Positions 1-9,224 of a DNA stretch of 64,000 nt are shown here, in pieces. Source of the DNA: Flavipsychrobacter sp. (GTDB lineage Bacteria; Bacteroidota; Bacteroidia; Chitinophagales; Chitinophagaceae). How positions within the stretch are numbered: the first letter of the stretch is position 1; the number at the start of each line of letters is the position of its first letter. The notes under the pieces are model-generated. The model searched no databases. It had not been told where the DNA came from and was given only the letters and a program-made list of their open reading frames with translations. The stretch is from positions 12,298 to 76,297 of the forward strand of contig DASWWE010000011.1 of the NCBI GenBank assembly GCA_036406055.1, given 5' to 3'. The position numbers and the translations under genes were made by a program.

Positions 1-637
1 TTATTTTAGGCATCCCCTGCGGGTTCAGGTTGTAGCGGATGATATGGCGCTCTTCATCTTTTTTAGGATACGTGATCACCACTTTCAGCATAAAGCGGTC
101 TACCTGTGCTTCGGGCAGCTCGTAGGTACCTTCCTGTTCTATGGGGTTTTGCGTGGCCAGTACCAGGAAGGGCTCTTCCAGTTTGTAGGTATTATCGCCT
201 ATGGTTACCTGCCGTTCCTGCATGGCTTCCAGCAAGGCACTTTGTACTTTTGCAGGGGCACGGTTTATCTCATCTGCCAGTACGAAGTTGGCAAATATCG
301 GCCCTTTGCGCACCGCAAATTCATGCGCCTGCGGGTTATATACCATCGTACCCAGCACATCGGCAGGCAGCAGGTCGGGCGTAAATTGTATACGGGCAAA
401 ACGGCCATGTATGGCTGTAGCCAGCGATTTGATGGCCAGCGTCTTTGCCAGGCCGGGCACACCTTCCAGCAGCACGTGGCCATTGGCCAGCAGGCCTATC
501 AGCAGGCGTTCCACCATATGCTTCTGGCCTACCAGGGTCTTATTCAACTCCATCGTCAGCAGGTCTATAAAAGCGCTCTGCTGGTGTATGCGTTCGTTCA
601 GTTCGCGAACATCAAATGTATTTGTGGTGGGTTCCAT
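1..637 (-). CDS. MoxR-family AAA+ ATPase (N-terminal part; gene continues past the left edge)
   Basis: Absent from the ORF track because the window truncates it. My reverse-complement translation from ATG 637..635 gives [117 protein letters not shown]. These are the Walker A, Walker B and sensor motifs of MoxR ATPases. The + strand ORFs 44..718, 106..384 and 201..707 are antisense shadows of this gene. Confidence 0.85.
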   Translation of the reverse strand, partial: MEPTTNTFDVRELNERIHQQSAFIDLLTMELNKTLVGQKHMVERLLIGLLANGHVLLEGVPGLAKTLAIKSLATAIHGRFARIQFTPDLLPADVLGTMVYNPQAHEFAVRKGPIFANFVLADEINRAPAKVQSALLEAMQERQVTIGDNTYKLEEPFLVLATQNPIEQEGTYELPEAQVDRFMLKVVITYPKKDEERHIIRYNLNPQGMPKI

Positions 638-672
638 ATGCTATCGTACTATTTGCGCAATATATTACTTCT

Positions 673-680
673 CAAAAATA
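673..680 (-). promoter_or_regulatory. Bacteroidota -7 box (TAnnTTTG) candidate for moxR
   Basis: Plus strand caaaaata is TATTTTTG on the minus strand, about 36 nt upstream of the moxR ATG. Confidence 0.35.
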
Positions 681-730
681 TCACCTGTGCTATTTTTCAG
701 GCGTTAAAACTGCGTTAAACCCAATAATAG

Positions 731-738
731 TAGCTTTG
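731..738 (+). promoter_or_regulatory. Bacteroidota -7 box (TAnnTTTG) candidate for the 747..1076 gene
   Basis: tagctttg matches TAnnTTTG, with 8 nt between the box and the ATG at 747. Confidence 0.35.
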
Positions 739-746
739 CTGCCAAT

Positions 747-1076
747 ATGGAAAATTTTGAAGAACGTTGGATACAGGTAGAATTCATGCTGCGCGAGCGT
801 TTCGGAAAGGTACCTGATATGGAAAGCACCCTCTTCCTGATAGGGGTAAACGAGCTGGGAGCACTACCCAGCCGCAAGTTTACCAAAGAACAAAAACAAG
901 ACCTGATGCACGTGGCCGTATGCTCACTGCTCAGCCGCCGGGGATATTTTGAATTCATCAGCCGCGATGCCGATGGCTGGCCCCATTACGACCAGTTAAA
1001 ACCTGTGGAAACTACCGGCCTGCACGGTCAGGAACGAATACTGAAAGAATGTATCATTGAGTACTTTGAAGCGTAA
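747..1076 (+). CDS. hypothetical protein (109 aa)
   Basis: Clean ORF with an ATG start, flanked by a promoter-like box and a strong terminator. I recognise no family. Confidence 0.6.
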   Translation: MENFEERWIQVEFMLRERFGKVPDMESTLFLIGVNELGALPSRKFTKEQKQDLMHVAVCSLLSRRGYFEFISRDADGWPHYDQLKPVETTGLHGQERILKECIIEYFEA

Positions 1077-1087
1077 TGTCTGCTCAA

Positions 1088-1120
1088 TAAAAAAGCACCT
1101 CGATTGAGGTGCTTTTTTTT
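1088..1120. terminator. bidirectional rho-independent terminator
   Basis: aaaaaGCACCTCgattGAGGTGCtttttttt has an A-run and a T-run on either side of a 7-bp GC-rich stem. It lies between convergent genes. Confidence 0.75.
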
Positions 1121-1139
1121 ATCGAATATCAGGAACAGG

Positions 1140-3098
1140 TTATTTCACAACAGTCAGTTGGTGAGATATAGAACCTGTTGAAGTTTGCATTTTGATGCTA
1201 TACACACCTGCAGGCAGGGTAGCTGTATTGATAACTACTTTATGAGAACCTTTGTTGTAAGATTGCTCGTTGATAGTAGATACGATACGACCCATTGCAT
1301 CATAAACGTCCACTTTCACTGTAGAGTTTTCACTGATAGTGAAATCAACAGTTGCTTTGTCTGTAGCCGGGTTAGGATATACCAGCATATCTGCAACACC
1401 TGCAGAAACATTGCTGATACCCAGCGGCACGTTCATGTTGTTCGAGTTCAGTACAGCACCATCACTGTTACGTATCAGGATAGCGATAGCACGCATTTTG
1501 TTCCTTTTGTAAGGCTCAGGAATGGTTGTAGTGAATGTATAATCGTAAGTAGTACCGGCTGTCATAGATGCAGGTAAGCTACCCGCAGCACCTGTTGGGC
1601 TAGGTATAATAGCGCGGCCTACGAAATCATAGTTCATTTTTTCAGCAGGTACGGTACCCGGCTCTGTATGCCATGCAAAACCTGCACCATACAGAGGTAT
1701 GTTGTTGTACTGGTAGCTATAGTAGTTGGCTTGGCCCCATGTGCTGCCTGTACCGGTAACATCATCTTCAGTCAGTACCAGTGCCAGCCTGTAGTCACCA
1801 TTCAGGTCGATAGCTGGTTTTACAGATACTTTTGCTGAGAAGTTAAAGCTGCCCGCGCCTTGGTCTGCCAGTGTTATTTCAGCAAAACCAAAGTCATCTT
1901 TCTTAGCGTTATATACATCTATCAGGTCTGAAGGATCCAATACCTCAGGGCTACGGTCTACCACCAGGCTTGGATAACCACCCACCAGGCCACCTATGAA
2001 GTTATCATAAGTAGTGTTTTTCATCGGGTCGTTATTGTGCACTGCTACCAGCGAAAAGCTGGAACCATAAGTATGGAATACAGAGTCCATATATACAGAA
2101 CCCCTTGGGCACCAGCCGCACCATGTGCCTGTACCTTCTTCAATAAAGATTTTCTTTGCAGGCTTGAAAGAAACGGATGTTACTGCTGTATTTGCAGAGT
2201 CGTTATCAGCTTTCGTATCACCGGGCAGTTCTATCCACATTTCTACAGGATAGTTACCGTTGGTAGATGGCATTACAAGTGCCGTAGGGCTTGTAAAGTC
2301 AGCCGAGCCATATGGTGCGATGTTTACGCCATTGATAACATCACTGGTTACCGAACCACCGGCCAGTTTATATTTAACAGTAAAAGAGTTGATTGCGTTA
2401 GTACCGTAGTTGTAAACTTTTCCGCCAAGTGACAGGTTAGCACCGCCAATTTCATAGCTTTTCGGGGTTTCCACTTCAGGTGTTATAGATACCAGCCTTG
2501 CTTCTACTGCTTGTGGTACAGCCACGCGGATGTTATCCAGCGCCACACCTACCAGTTTCCTTGCCGGGTCACCGCCATCATGATATGTAAATGCTATCTG
2601 AACATTGTTCATATTATCATACGCAGACAGGTTTACTACGGCATATTGCCAGCCGGCAGGGTCGCCAACCAAAGTATCTGCTACATTCCAGGTAGCACCA
2701 CCATCTGTAGATATGTTTACAAAGGCTTTCTCGCTAGGGCCTGCACTACCATAGGCAGCACCTACAAAGTAGTAATCGTAGGTAAGCACGGCACCGCTGA
2801 TGCCTGTAAGGTCGAACGTAGGTGTCACCAGCGATACCGTATCGTTAACCTCATTATTGTTCCAGTCATCCACTACCACGTACCTGTCTCTTACATTAGG
2901 CACAGCCCAGCCATTGGTAAATCCTAATTTGCCGGAAGCGCTTTTCCATCCGGTGGCACCTTTTTTTATTTGCGTCCATCCCGCAGGTAGGGCAGTGCCC
3001 GAAGTTGATGCGAAACTTTCGTCAATCACTGTTTGTGCAGTTGCATTCAGGCCTGCGCCCAATGCAGCTACAGTTAAGAATGTAGTAATTTTATTCAT
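1140..3098 (-). CDS. secreted T9SS cargo protein with an internal thioredoxin-like WCGWCP motif (Omp28-related/TlpA-like region) and a C-terminal T9SS sorting domain
   Basis: Signal peptide MNKITTFLTVAALGAGLNATAQ. Motif EEGTGTWCGWCPRG mid-protein. C-terminus VYPNPATDKATVDFTISENSTVKVDVYDAMGRIV..GVYSIKMQT..LTVVK is typical of type A T9SS CTDs. Confidence 0.85.
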   Translation of the reverse strand: MNKITTFLTVAALGAGLNATAQTVIDESFASTSGTALPAGWTQIKKGATGWKSASGKLGFTNGWAVPNVRDRYVVVDDWNNNEVNDTVSLVTPTFDLTGISGAVLTYDYYFVGAAYGSAGPSEKAFVNISTDGGATWNVADTLVGDPAGWQYAVVNLSAYDNMNNVQIAFTYHDGGDPARKLVGVALDNIRVAVPQAVEARLVSITPEVETPKSYEIGGANLSLGGKVYNYGTNAINSFTVKYKLAGGSVTSDVINGVNIAPYGSADFTSPTALVMPSTNGNYPVEMWIELPGDTKADNDSANTAVTSVSFKPAKKIFIEEGTGTWCGWCPRGSVYMDSVFHTYGSSFSLVAVHNNDPMKNTTYDNFIGGLVGGYPSLVVDRSPEVLDPSDLIDVYNAKKDDFGFAEITLADQGAGSFNFSAKVSVKPAIDLNGDYRLALVLTEDDVTGTGSTWGQANYYSYQYNNIPLYGAGFAWHTEPGTVPAEKMNYDFVGRAIIPSPTGAAGSLPASMTAGTTYDYTFTTTIPEPYKRNKMRAIAILIRNSDGAVLNSNNMNVPLGISNVSAGVADMLVYPNPATDKATVDFTISENSTVKVDVYDAMGRIVSTINEQSYNKGSHKVVINTATLPAGVYSIKMQTSTGSISHQLTVVK

Positions 3099-3184
3099 CT
3101 TACTTTTTTTATGGATTCCGAAGATACGGATATTCAGTAATTAAATCTGTATTAAAATTCCCGCTCCAATCGATTTTAATGTCA

Positions 3185-3192
3185 TACTTTTG
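3185..3192 (+). promoter_or_regulatory. -7 box candidate (TACTTTTG) driving the TPP riboswitch leader
   Basis: tacttttg matches TAnnTTTG about 15-20 nt upstream of the riboswitch aptamer. Confidence 0.35.
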
Positions 3193-3207
3193 CCACATGT
3201 TCTAAAC

Positions 3208-3296
3208 GGAACAAAACGGGGTGCCTGAAACACAAGGGCTGAGATTATACCCGCTGAACCTGGACCGGGTAATGCCGGTTAGGGATGAGCAAAATC
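3208..3296 (+). promoter_or_regulatory. TPP (thi-box) riboswitch
   Basis: acGGGGTGCctgaaacacaagggCTGAGAttatACCCgctGAACCTGgaCCGGGTAATGCCGGttAGGGAtgagc contains the conserved GGGGUGC, CUGAGA, ACCC..GAACCUG and ..UAAUnCC..AGGGA elements of the THI element. It lies about 125 nt upstream of a TonB-dependent receptor start. Confidence 0.85.
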
Positions 3297-3420
3297 AGCT
3301 GCCATATTCCATTGCATCCATCTGTATACGCGAAGGCCTGCGCTTATACCCGATGGTTTCTGCTTTTGGTTGCGGCACATGCATGGCGCCCCATATTATT
3401 AATTGTATTTAATAAATGCC

Positions 3421-5640
3421 ATGCAGCAGTTCAACAAACATGTTATGACCATTGCAGCCCTGTGCTGCACCACTACCGCTGTAGCCCAGCAGGCTACAGA
3501 CTCCTTTGCCAAAAGGCAAATGCTGGAACCTATAGAGATTCGCTCGCTCCGTGCCGGTTCCAATGCCCCCTTCGTGAAAACAGAAATTAAAGCTATAGAC
3601 ATAGAAAAGGCCAATCTTGGGCAGGACCTTCCCTACTTGCTCCAATACACACCTTCTGCTGTTGTCACTTCCGATGCCGGTACGGGAATCGGCTACACGG
3701 GTGTTCGTGTACGCGGTACCGATGGGGTACGTATGAATGTGACCCTGAACGGCATCCCCGTGAATGATGCGGAATCGCAGGGTACTTTCTTTGTCAATTT
3801 CCCTGATATTGCTTCTTCTACCGGCTCTGTACAGCTGCAGCGCGGTGTGGGCACATCTACCAACGGTGCCGCCGCCTTTGGCGCTACCATGAGCATCAGC
3901 AACCTGCAGCAAATGGAAAAAGCTGGCGTAGAGGTAAGCAATAGCTACGGCTCTTTCAATACCTGGAGGCATACCGTGAAAGCAGGTACAGGTTTGCTGA
4001 AAAACGGCTTCCAGTTCGATGCCCGTTTGTCAAAGATCAATTCAGATGGTTTTATCGACCGTTCTGCCAGCGACCTCAAGTCACTACAGTTGCTGGCCGG
4101 CTGGCAGCTAAGCAAGAAAACTGCGCTGCGCTTTATGCTCATGACTGGCAGGGAAAAGACCGGGCAGGCCTGGAATGGTGTGCCGGGCGATTCGCTGGCT
4201 ACCAACCGCACGTATAACGAACTGGGTATGAAGGCCGATGGCAGTTATTACAACAACCAGACCGATAACTACCAGCAAGACTATTACCAGTTCTTTGCCG
4301 ACCATAAATTCAGCAAATACCTGACTGCACATGCTGCTGTATTCCTTACCCGCGGCCGTGGCTATTATGAAGAATACAAGCTGGGCGAACCATACAGTAC
4401 TTATGGCTTAGGCAATTATATCACACCATCTGGTGCAGATACGATTACTACTACTGATATGGTACGCCAGCTATGGTTAGACAATCATTATTATGGCTCC
4501 GTTTTCTCACTCCTTTATGAAAAAGAGAAGACACAAATAGCATTTGGCGGCGGCTGGACCCAATACCTGGGCGACCACTACGGCTATGTAAAATGGGCAG
4601 AGCATAACATCCCTGCCGATTACCGCTGGTACCTGCTCAATTCTCAGAAAAACGACCTGAACCTGTATGTAAAAGCACAGCAAACTATCGGCAAAAACCT
4701 GATATTGTTTGGCGACCTGCAATACCGCAATGTGTCTTATATCATCAATGGCTTCCGTAAAAACCCCACCCTGCGCCCGGTCAATAATTTCAACTTCTTC
4801 AATCCTAAAGCAGGCATTACGTACCTGGTAAAAAACACATTGCGCAACAGGCAAAAGGCATATGCATCATTCGCTGTTGCTAATAAAGAACCAAATCGGG
4901 ATGATTTTGAAGCATCGCCCACAGCATTACCCAAACCGGAAAGGCTGTATGATGTGGAAGCCGGCTATGAAATAAGCAAACGTAACTGGAGCGCGGCTGC
5001 CAACCTGTATTATATGAGCTATCGCGATCAGCTGGTATTCACGGGTAAAATAAACGATGTGGGTGCCTACAGCCGTACCAACGTTCCTGAAAGCTACCGC
5101 GCAGGTATTGAACTGCAGGCGGGTTTCAAACCGGCCGATTGGGTAAACCTGAACGCCAATGCTACTTTCTCTGACAACCGTATCAAAAAATTCACAGAAT
5201 ATGTAGATAACTGGGATGACCCAAACTATGCACAAGTAGCTGTTACACATAGCAATACGCCTATCGCGCTGTCCCCATCCCTCATTGCCGGCGGTGGTGT
5301 TACGTTCGCCCCGTTTGTAAACCTGCTCGATAATCAAACGCTGGAACTGGATGTAATGGGTAAGCATGTAGGTAAGCAATACCTCGATAATTCAGGCGAT
5401 GAGAACCGTACTATTAAAGATTATACCTTGTGCGACCTCCGTCTGCGCTACAGCATAGCCCTCAAGCCATTCCGCGAGATAATGGCCACCTTCGCTGTTA
5501 ACAACATCTTCGACCGCAAGTATGAAAGCAATGGCTACGTATGGTATGTATATCAAACCGGCGGCCAAAACGTGGTAGACAATCGCTACTTCCCGCAGGC
5601 AGGTATCAACTACATGGCAGGTATTACGCTGAAGTGGTAA
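3421..5640 (+). CDS. TonB-dependent outer-membrane receptor (riboswitch context suggests thiamine or a thiamine precursor as substrate)
   Basis: Signal peptide MQQFNKHVMTIAALCCTTTAVAQQ. Plug-domain motifs (IEIRSLRA, GVRVRG..MNVTLNGIPVND). Long beta-barrel ending ...AGITLKW with an aromatic terminus. I prefer the ATG at 3421 to the track start at 3403. Confidence 0.9.
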   Translation: MQQFNKHVMTIAALCCTTTAVAQQATDSFAKRQMLEPIEIRSLRAGSNAPFVKTEIKAIDIEKANLGQDLPYLLQYTPSAVVTSDAGTGIGYTGVRVRGTDGVRMNVTLNGIPVNDAESQGTFFVNFPDIASSTGSVQLQRGVGTSTNGAAAFGATMSISNLQQMEKAGVEVSNSYGSFNTWRHTVKAGTGLLKNGFQFDARLSKINSDGFIDRSASDLKSLQLLAGWQLSKKTALRFMLMTGREKTGQAWNGVPGDSLATNRTYNELGMKADGSYYNNQTDNYQQDYYQFFADHKFSKYLTAHAAVFLTRGRGYYEEYKLGEPYSTYGLGNYITPSGADTITTTDMVRQLWLDNHYYGSVFSLLYEKEKTQIAFGGGWTQYLGDHYGYVKWAEHNIPADYRWYLLNSQKNDLNLYVKAQQTIGKNLILFGDLQYRNVSYIINGFRKNPTLRPVNNFNFFNPKAGITYLVKNTLRNRQKAYASFAVANKEPNRDDFEASPTALPKPERLYDVEAGYEISKRNWSAAANLYYMSYRDQLVFTGKINDVGAYSRTNVPESYRAGIELQAGFKPADWVNLNANATFSDNRIKKFTEYVDNWDDPNYAQVAVTHSNTPIALSPSLIAGGGVTFAPFVNLLDNQTLELDVMGKHVGKQYLDNSGDENRTIKDYTLCDLRLRYSIALKPFREIMATFAVNNIFDRKYESNGYVWYVYQTGGQNVVDNRYFPQAGINYMAGITLKW

Positions 5641-5665
5641 CAAATTTTTCGTGTTTTGATTTTAA

Positions 5666-5697
5666 ACAACGCCGGGTACATGCCCGGCGTTTTGTTT
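5666..5697 (+). terminator. rho-independent terminator
   Basis: aACGCCGGGtacatgCCCGGCGTtttgttt. Confidence 0.7.
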
Positions 5698-5823
5698 ATA
5701 GCCATATAGTCATGCCCATACCCCTATATTATGTATTAATCGGTAACTTGCAGTATAGCTAAACTGCCATTTTTACATTGGTAGGCTATTTGATGTATTA
5801 AGGATAAACGATAGAAATAAATA

Positions 5824-6510
5824 ATGAATATTTTGATTTTCTTCCTCCTGCCTATGATATTAGGTATGGTAGTGAGTATGAGGCTGAAGAGTAAATTCCG
5901 TGAGTATTCTGAAGAGCCCCTCAGCGAAGGCCTTAGCGGTAAAGAAGTGGCCGAACGTATGCTGCATGAAAATGGCATCTACGATGTGCAGGTAGTATCC
6001 GGGCACGGCTTCCTTTCCGACCACTATAACCCTACCGACAAAACGGTGAACCTGAGCCCCGATGTATATGGCGGGCGCAGTATAGCCGCAGCTGCCGTAG
6101 CCGCCCACGAATGCGGGCACGCTGTGCAGCACGCTACCGGCTATGCCATGCTGCAATTGCGTAGCAAGCTGGTACCCCTTGTACAGATAAGCACTACGTT
6201 ATCGCAATGGGTACTCCTGGCCGGTGCCGGGTTATTTTTCGGTAGGGGAAACCAGACCGTATTGCTGATAGGTATCATTCTTTTTGCAGCGTCTACATTG
6301 TTTTCTCTTATAACTTTGCCGGTAGAATATGATGCCAGCAACCGTGCGCTGAAGTGGATGGACAGTACCGGCCTCACCCACAGGACCGAGCATGACAAAG
6401 CGGCCGATGCACTGAAATGGGCAGCACGTACTTATGTGGTGGCAGCCATAGCATCGGTAGCACAGTTGTTGTACTACGTAATGCTGTTCAATAACCGCAA
6501 TAGGGACTAA
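5824..6510 (+). CDS. membrane zinc metallopeptidase, YugP family (Zn_peptidase_2)
   Basis: N-terminal TM segment, HECGHAVQH zinc-binding motif, C-terminal TM segments. Length and layout are typical of YugP-like peptidases. Confidence 0.8.
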   Translation: MNILIFFLLPMILGMVVSMRLKSKFREYSEEPLSEGLSGKEVAERMLHENGIYDVQVVSGHGFLSDHYNPTDKTVNLSPDVYGGRSIAAAAVAAHECGHAVQHATGYAMLQLRSKLVPLVQISTTLSQWVLLAGAGLFFGRGNQTVLLIGIILFAASTLFSLITLPVEYDASNRALKWMDSTGLTHRTEHDKAADALKWAARTYVVAAIASVAQLLYYVMLFNNRNRD

Positions 6511-6552
6511 AAAAATTTAAAAAATTGCAGAAACTGCAACAAAACACAACAA

Positions 6553-7956
6553 ATGACAGTAGAGCAAATGTATACCAGCTGCCTTAGTGAAGCAGCTTAC
6601 TTCATAGCCAGCAATGGCGAGGCAGCCGTAATAGACCCGCTACGCGATGTGGACGTTTATATCAAAAAGGCGGCAGAGCAAGGTGTGAAGATCAAATACA
6701 TATTTGAAACGCACTTTCATGCCGACTTTGTAAGCGGTCACCTGGAGCTGGCAGAGAAAACGGGCGCTACCATAGTATATGGCCCGCAAACCAATGCCAG
6801 GTTCAACTTTCATATGGCTAAAGATGGTGAAGACTTCGTCATCGGCAACCTGAAACTGAAAGCATTGCACACACCCGGCCATACACTGGAAAGCACCAGT
6901 TACCTGCTCTATGATGAGGCCGGCAACCCGTATTGCGTATTTACCGGCGATACCTTGTTTGTAGGTGATGTAGGCCGCCCCGACTTATTCAGCGGCAACC
7001 TGAGTAAGGAAGAGTTGGCCGGTTTTATGTACGATTCCCTGCAGCGCAAAATAAAAACACTACCCGATAACGTTATAGTATACCCGGCACACGGTCCCGG
7101 CTCTTCATGCGGCAAAAACCTGGGGCCTAATACCTATAGCACCATCGGCGAGCAGAAGGAGAGCAACTATGCATTGCAGGAAATGACCAAAGAAGAATTC
7201 ATCAAGGCTGTTACCGATGGACTTTCTACGCCTCCGGCATATTTCCCCATCAATGCCCGTATCAATAAAGAAGGCTACAGAAGCATGGATGAGGTAATGA
7301 AACGCGCTATGCAACCGCTGGATGTAACCACCTTCAAGCAAAAAGTAGATGACGGCGCCTGGATACTCGATACCCGCCATGCTGGTGTATTTACCGAAGA
7401 GTTTGTACCGGGCTCTATCAGCATAGGCCTGGAAGGCAGGTTTGCAGAATGGGCCGGTAGCCTGCTACCGTTCGATCAGCCGCTGGTACTGGTTACAGAG
7501 CCCGGCAAGGAAGAAGAAAGCGCCATCCGCCTGTCCAGGGTAGGTATCGATAACGTGCAGGGCTACCTCAATGGTGGCATCGCTGCCTGGAAAGCTGCCG
7601 GCGAAAATGTGGATATGATCATAGATATCGAGCCCGAAGAACTGGCTATGGACCTGCCACACGATAGCAAGCTGGACGTGATAGATGTCCGCAAGCCGTC
7701 TGAATTTGATGCCGCGCACGTAAAAGGAGCACAAAATGCCCCGCTAGATACCCTGATGGACCCCATGAATGTAGCACTGATAGATACGGATACCAACCTG
7801 TACGTACACTGTGCGGGTGGCTACCGTTCGGTAATAGCAGCTTCCCTGCTGAAACGCCAGGGCTATCACAACCTGCGCAATGTATTAGGTGGCTTCGGCA
7901 AAATAAAAGAACTGAAGAATATACCCATCGTGCAGCCGCAGCAGCAAAAGATATAA
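6553..7956 (+). CDS. MBL-fold persulfide dioxygenase fused to two rhodanese-like domains (CstB-like)
   Basis: ETHFHADFVSGH and HTPGHT metallo-beta-lactamase motifs. The C-terminal rhodanese has the active-site loop YVHCAGGYRS. Confidence 0.8.
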   Translation: MTVEQMYTSCLSEAAYFIASNGEAAVIDPLRDVDVYIKKAAEQGVKIKYIFETHFHADFVSGHLELAEKTGATIVYGPQTNARFNFHMAKDGEDFVIGNLKLKALHTPGHTLESTSYLLYDEAGNPYCVFTGDTLFVGDVGRPDLFSGNLSKEELAGFMYDSLQRKIKTLPDNVIVYPAHGPGSSCGKNLGPNTYSTIGEQKESNYALQEMTKEEFIKAVTDGLSTPPAYFPINARINKEGYRSMDEVMKRAMQPLDVTTFKQKVDDGAWILDTRHAGVFTEEFVPGSISIGLEGRFAEWAGSLLPFDQPLVLVTEPGKEEESAIRLSRVGIDNVQGYLNGGIAAWKAAGENVDMIIDIEPEELAMDLPHDSKLDVIDVRKPSEFDAAHVKGAQNAPLDTLMDPMNVALIDTDTNLYVHCAGGYRSVIAASLLKRQGYHNLRNVLGGFGKIKELKNIPIVQPQQQKI

Positions 7957-7975
7957 TTGCACCCGAATAGCAAAA

Positions 7976-8009
7976 GGAGCCCGCAGCGAATACCTGCGGG
8001 CTCCTTTTA
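7976..8009 (+). terminator. rho-independent terminator
   Basis: GGAGCCCGCAGcgaatacCTGCGGGCTCCtttta, an 11-bp perfect stem. Confidence 0.75.
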
Positions 8010-8052
8010 TAAAAAAATGTCTTATAGACATGAATTTTTACTTTTATAAAAC

Positions 8053-8060
8053 TATATTTG
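8053..8060 (+). promoter_or_regulatory. -7 box candidate (TATATTTG)
   Basis: tatatttg lies with 18 nt between the box and the ATG at 8079. The track's TTG start at 8058 sits inside this box, which favours 8079 as the true start. Confidence 0.35.
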
Positions 8061-8078
8061 AGACACATCTATAGTATT

Positions 8079-9068
8079 ATGAGTATAAAACACCTGACAG
8101 CTTTTTGTCTTTCTGTGGCGCTGAGTGTAGGTGCAACTACCGCTTCGGCACAGGGCGATTCTGATCCCGGGTTTGCTTCAATAGGTGCTATGCGCACTGC
8201 ATCATCTCTGGTAGTAAGCGATGACAACTACGAAAACTCCAGAACACACTTCAGTTTAGGGCACACTTTTGCCAAGGGCGAAAGGGATATAAAACTGCAC
8301 ATGCCGCAGGTAGAAGTACGTGTACCCCTTATGGAAGGTATGGGATACATAGATGTACGCGTACCGTTCATAGCTGCTTCCGGCGACCTGGGCCACGGTT
8401 GGGGACTGGGCGATCTGTCGTTAGCTTATACCCATGTATTCGTACAAGACCCTGAATGGTGGACGGTACAGGCTACTGCAGGTGCATTGCTCAGTATGAC
8501 CACTGCCAACCGCAGCGATGGCAATACCCGTCCGTTACCAATGGCTTATCAAAGCGGCCTGGGTAGTACCGATGGTATACTGGGTGCCAGCGCTATGTTT
8601 AAAGAATATGTAAGCGTGGCTGTAGGTTACCAGCAACCGGTACTCCGTTACAATCAGAATGACTACTATCGTTCATCTTATATGAACGACCCCGTATATA
8701 GCAACAGTGAATATGAAATATCGCGCAAGCTGTATCGTAATGGCGATGTGATGGCGCGCCTGGAAGGCCACCTGGTAAATAACCGCTTGGGTATAACAGG
8801 AGGCGCCCTGGCTATGTACCATCTGCGCAATGACCTGTACGAAGACCGTACCGGTGCCTGGAGGGAAATAGATGGTTCCGACGGCTTTACCATGAGCATC
8901 GTGGGCAATGCCTTCGTTCGCTTTGGCCGCTACGCCGATTGCAAGCTGGATATCACAGGCTCTTTCCCTGTTATCACGCGCGATGCACGCCCTGATGGTT
9001 TGCAACGTCAATGGACCATTATGCCAAGGTTCACATACTTCTTCAACCAAAGGAACCTGTTGTTCTAA
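8079..9068 (+). CDS. putative outer-membrane beta-barrel protein (possibly a MetA-pathway/transporter-like OMP)
   Basis: Signal peptide MSIKHLTAFCLSVALSVGATTASAQ. Alternating hydrophobic strands. C-terminus ...PRFTYFFNQRNLLF ends in Phe, as in OMPs. The family assignment is tentative. Confidence 0.6.
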   Translation: MSIKHLTAFCLSVALSVGATTASAQGDSDPGFASIGAMRTASSLVVSDDNYENSRTHFSLGHTFAKGERDIKLHMPQVEVRVPLMEGMGYIDVRVPFIAASGDLGHGWGLGDLSLAYTHVFVQDPEWWTVQATAGALLSMTTANRSDGNTRPLPMAYQSGLGSTDGILGASAMFKEYVSVAVGYQQPVLRYNQNDYYRSSYMNDPVYSNSEYEISRKLYRNGDVMARLEGHLVNNRLGITGGALAMYHLRNDLYEDRTGAWREIDGSDGFTMSIVGNAFVRFGRYADCKLDITGSFPVITRDARPDGLQRQWTIMPRFTYFFNQRNLLF

Positions 9069-9092
9069 CAGTTCATTAAACTAACTTATAAT

Positions 9093-9117
9093 AAATGGCG
9101 GCTATTGGCCGCCATTT
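9093..9117 (+). terminator. rho-independent terminator
   Basis: AAATGGCGGCtattgGCCGCCATTT. Confidence 0.65.
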
Positions 9118-9224
9118 ATCGTTACAAAAGCTGCCCGGCAATGCGTTATTGCCTGCCGTTTTGTACCTTTACGTCCCTTATTACAGGCTGGGCCTGTGTA
9201 TTTTACTGGTAAGAATTTACATAT

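Noticed and set aside
44-718. Three overlapping + strand ORFs (224, 92 and 168 aa) at the left edge.
   Set aside because: They are antisense shadows of the truncated minus-strand moxR gene, whose translation shows textbook AAA+ motifs. The + strand products are low-complexity with no motifs.
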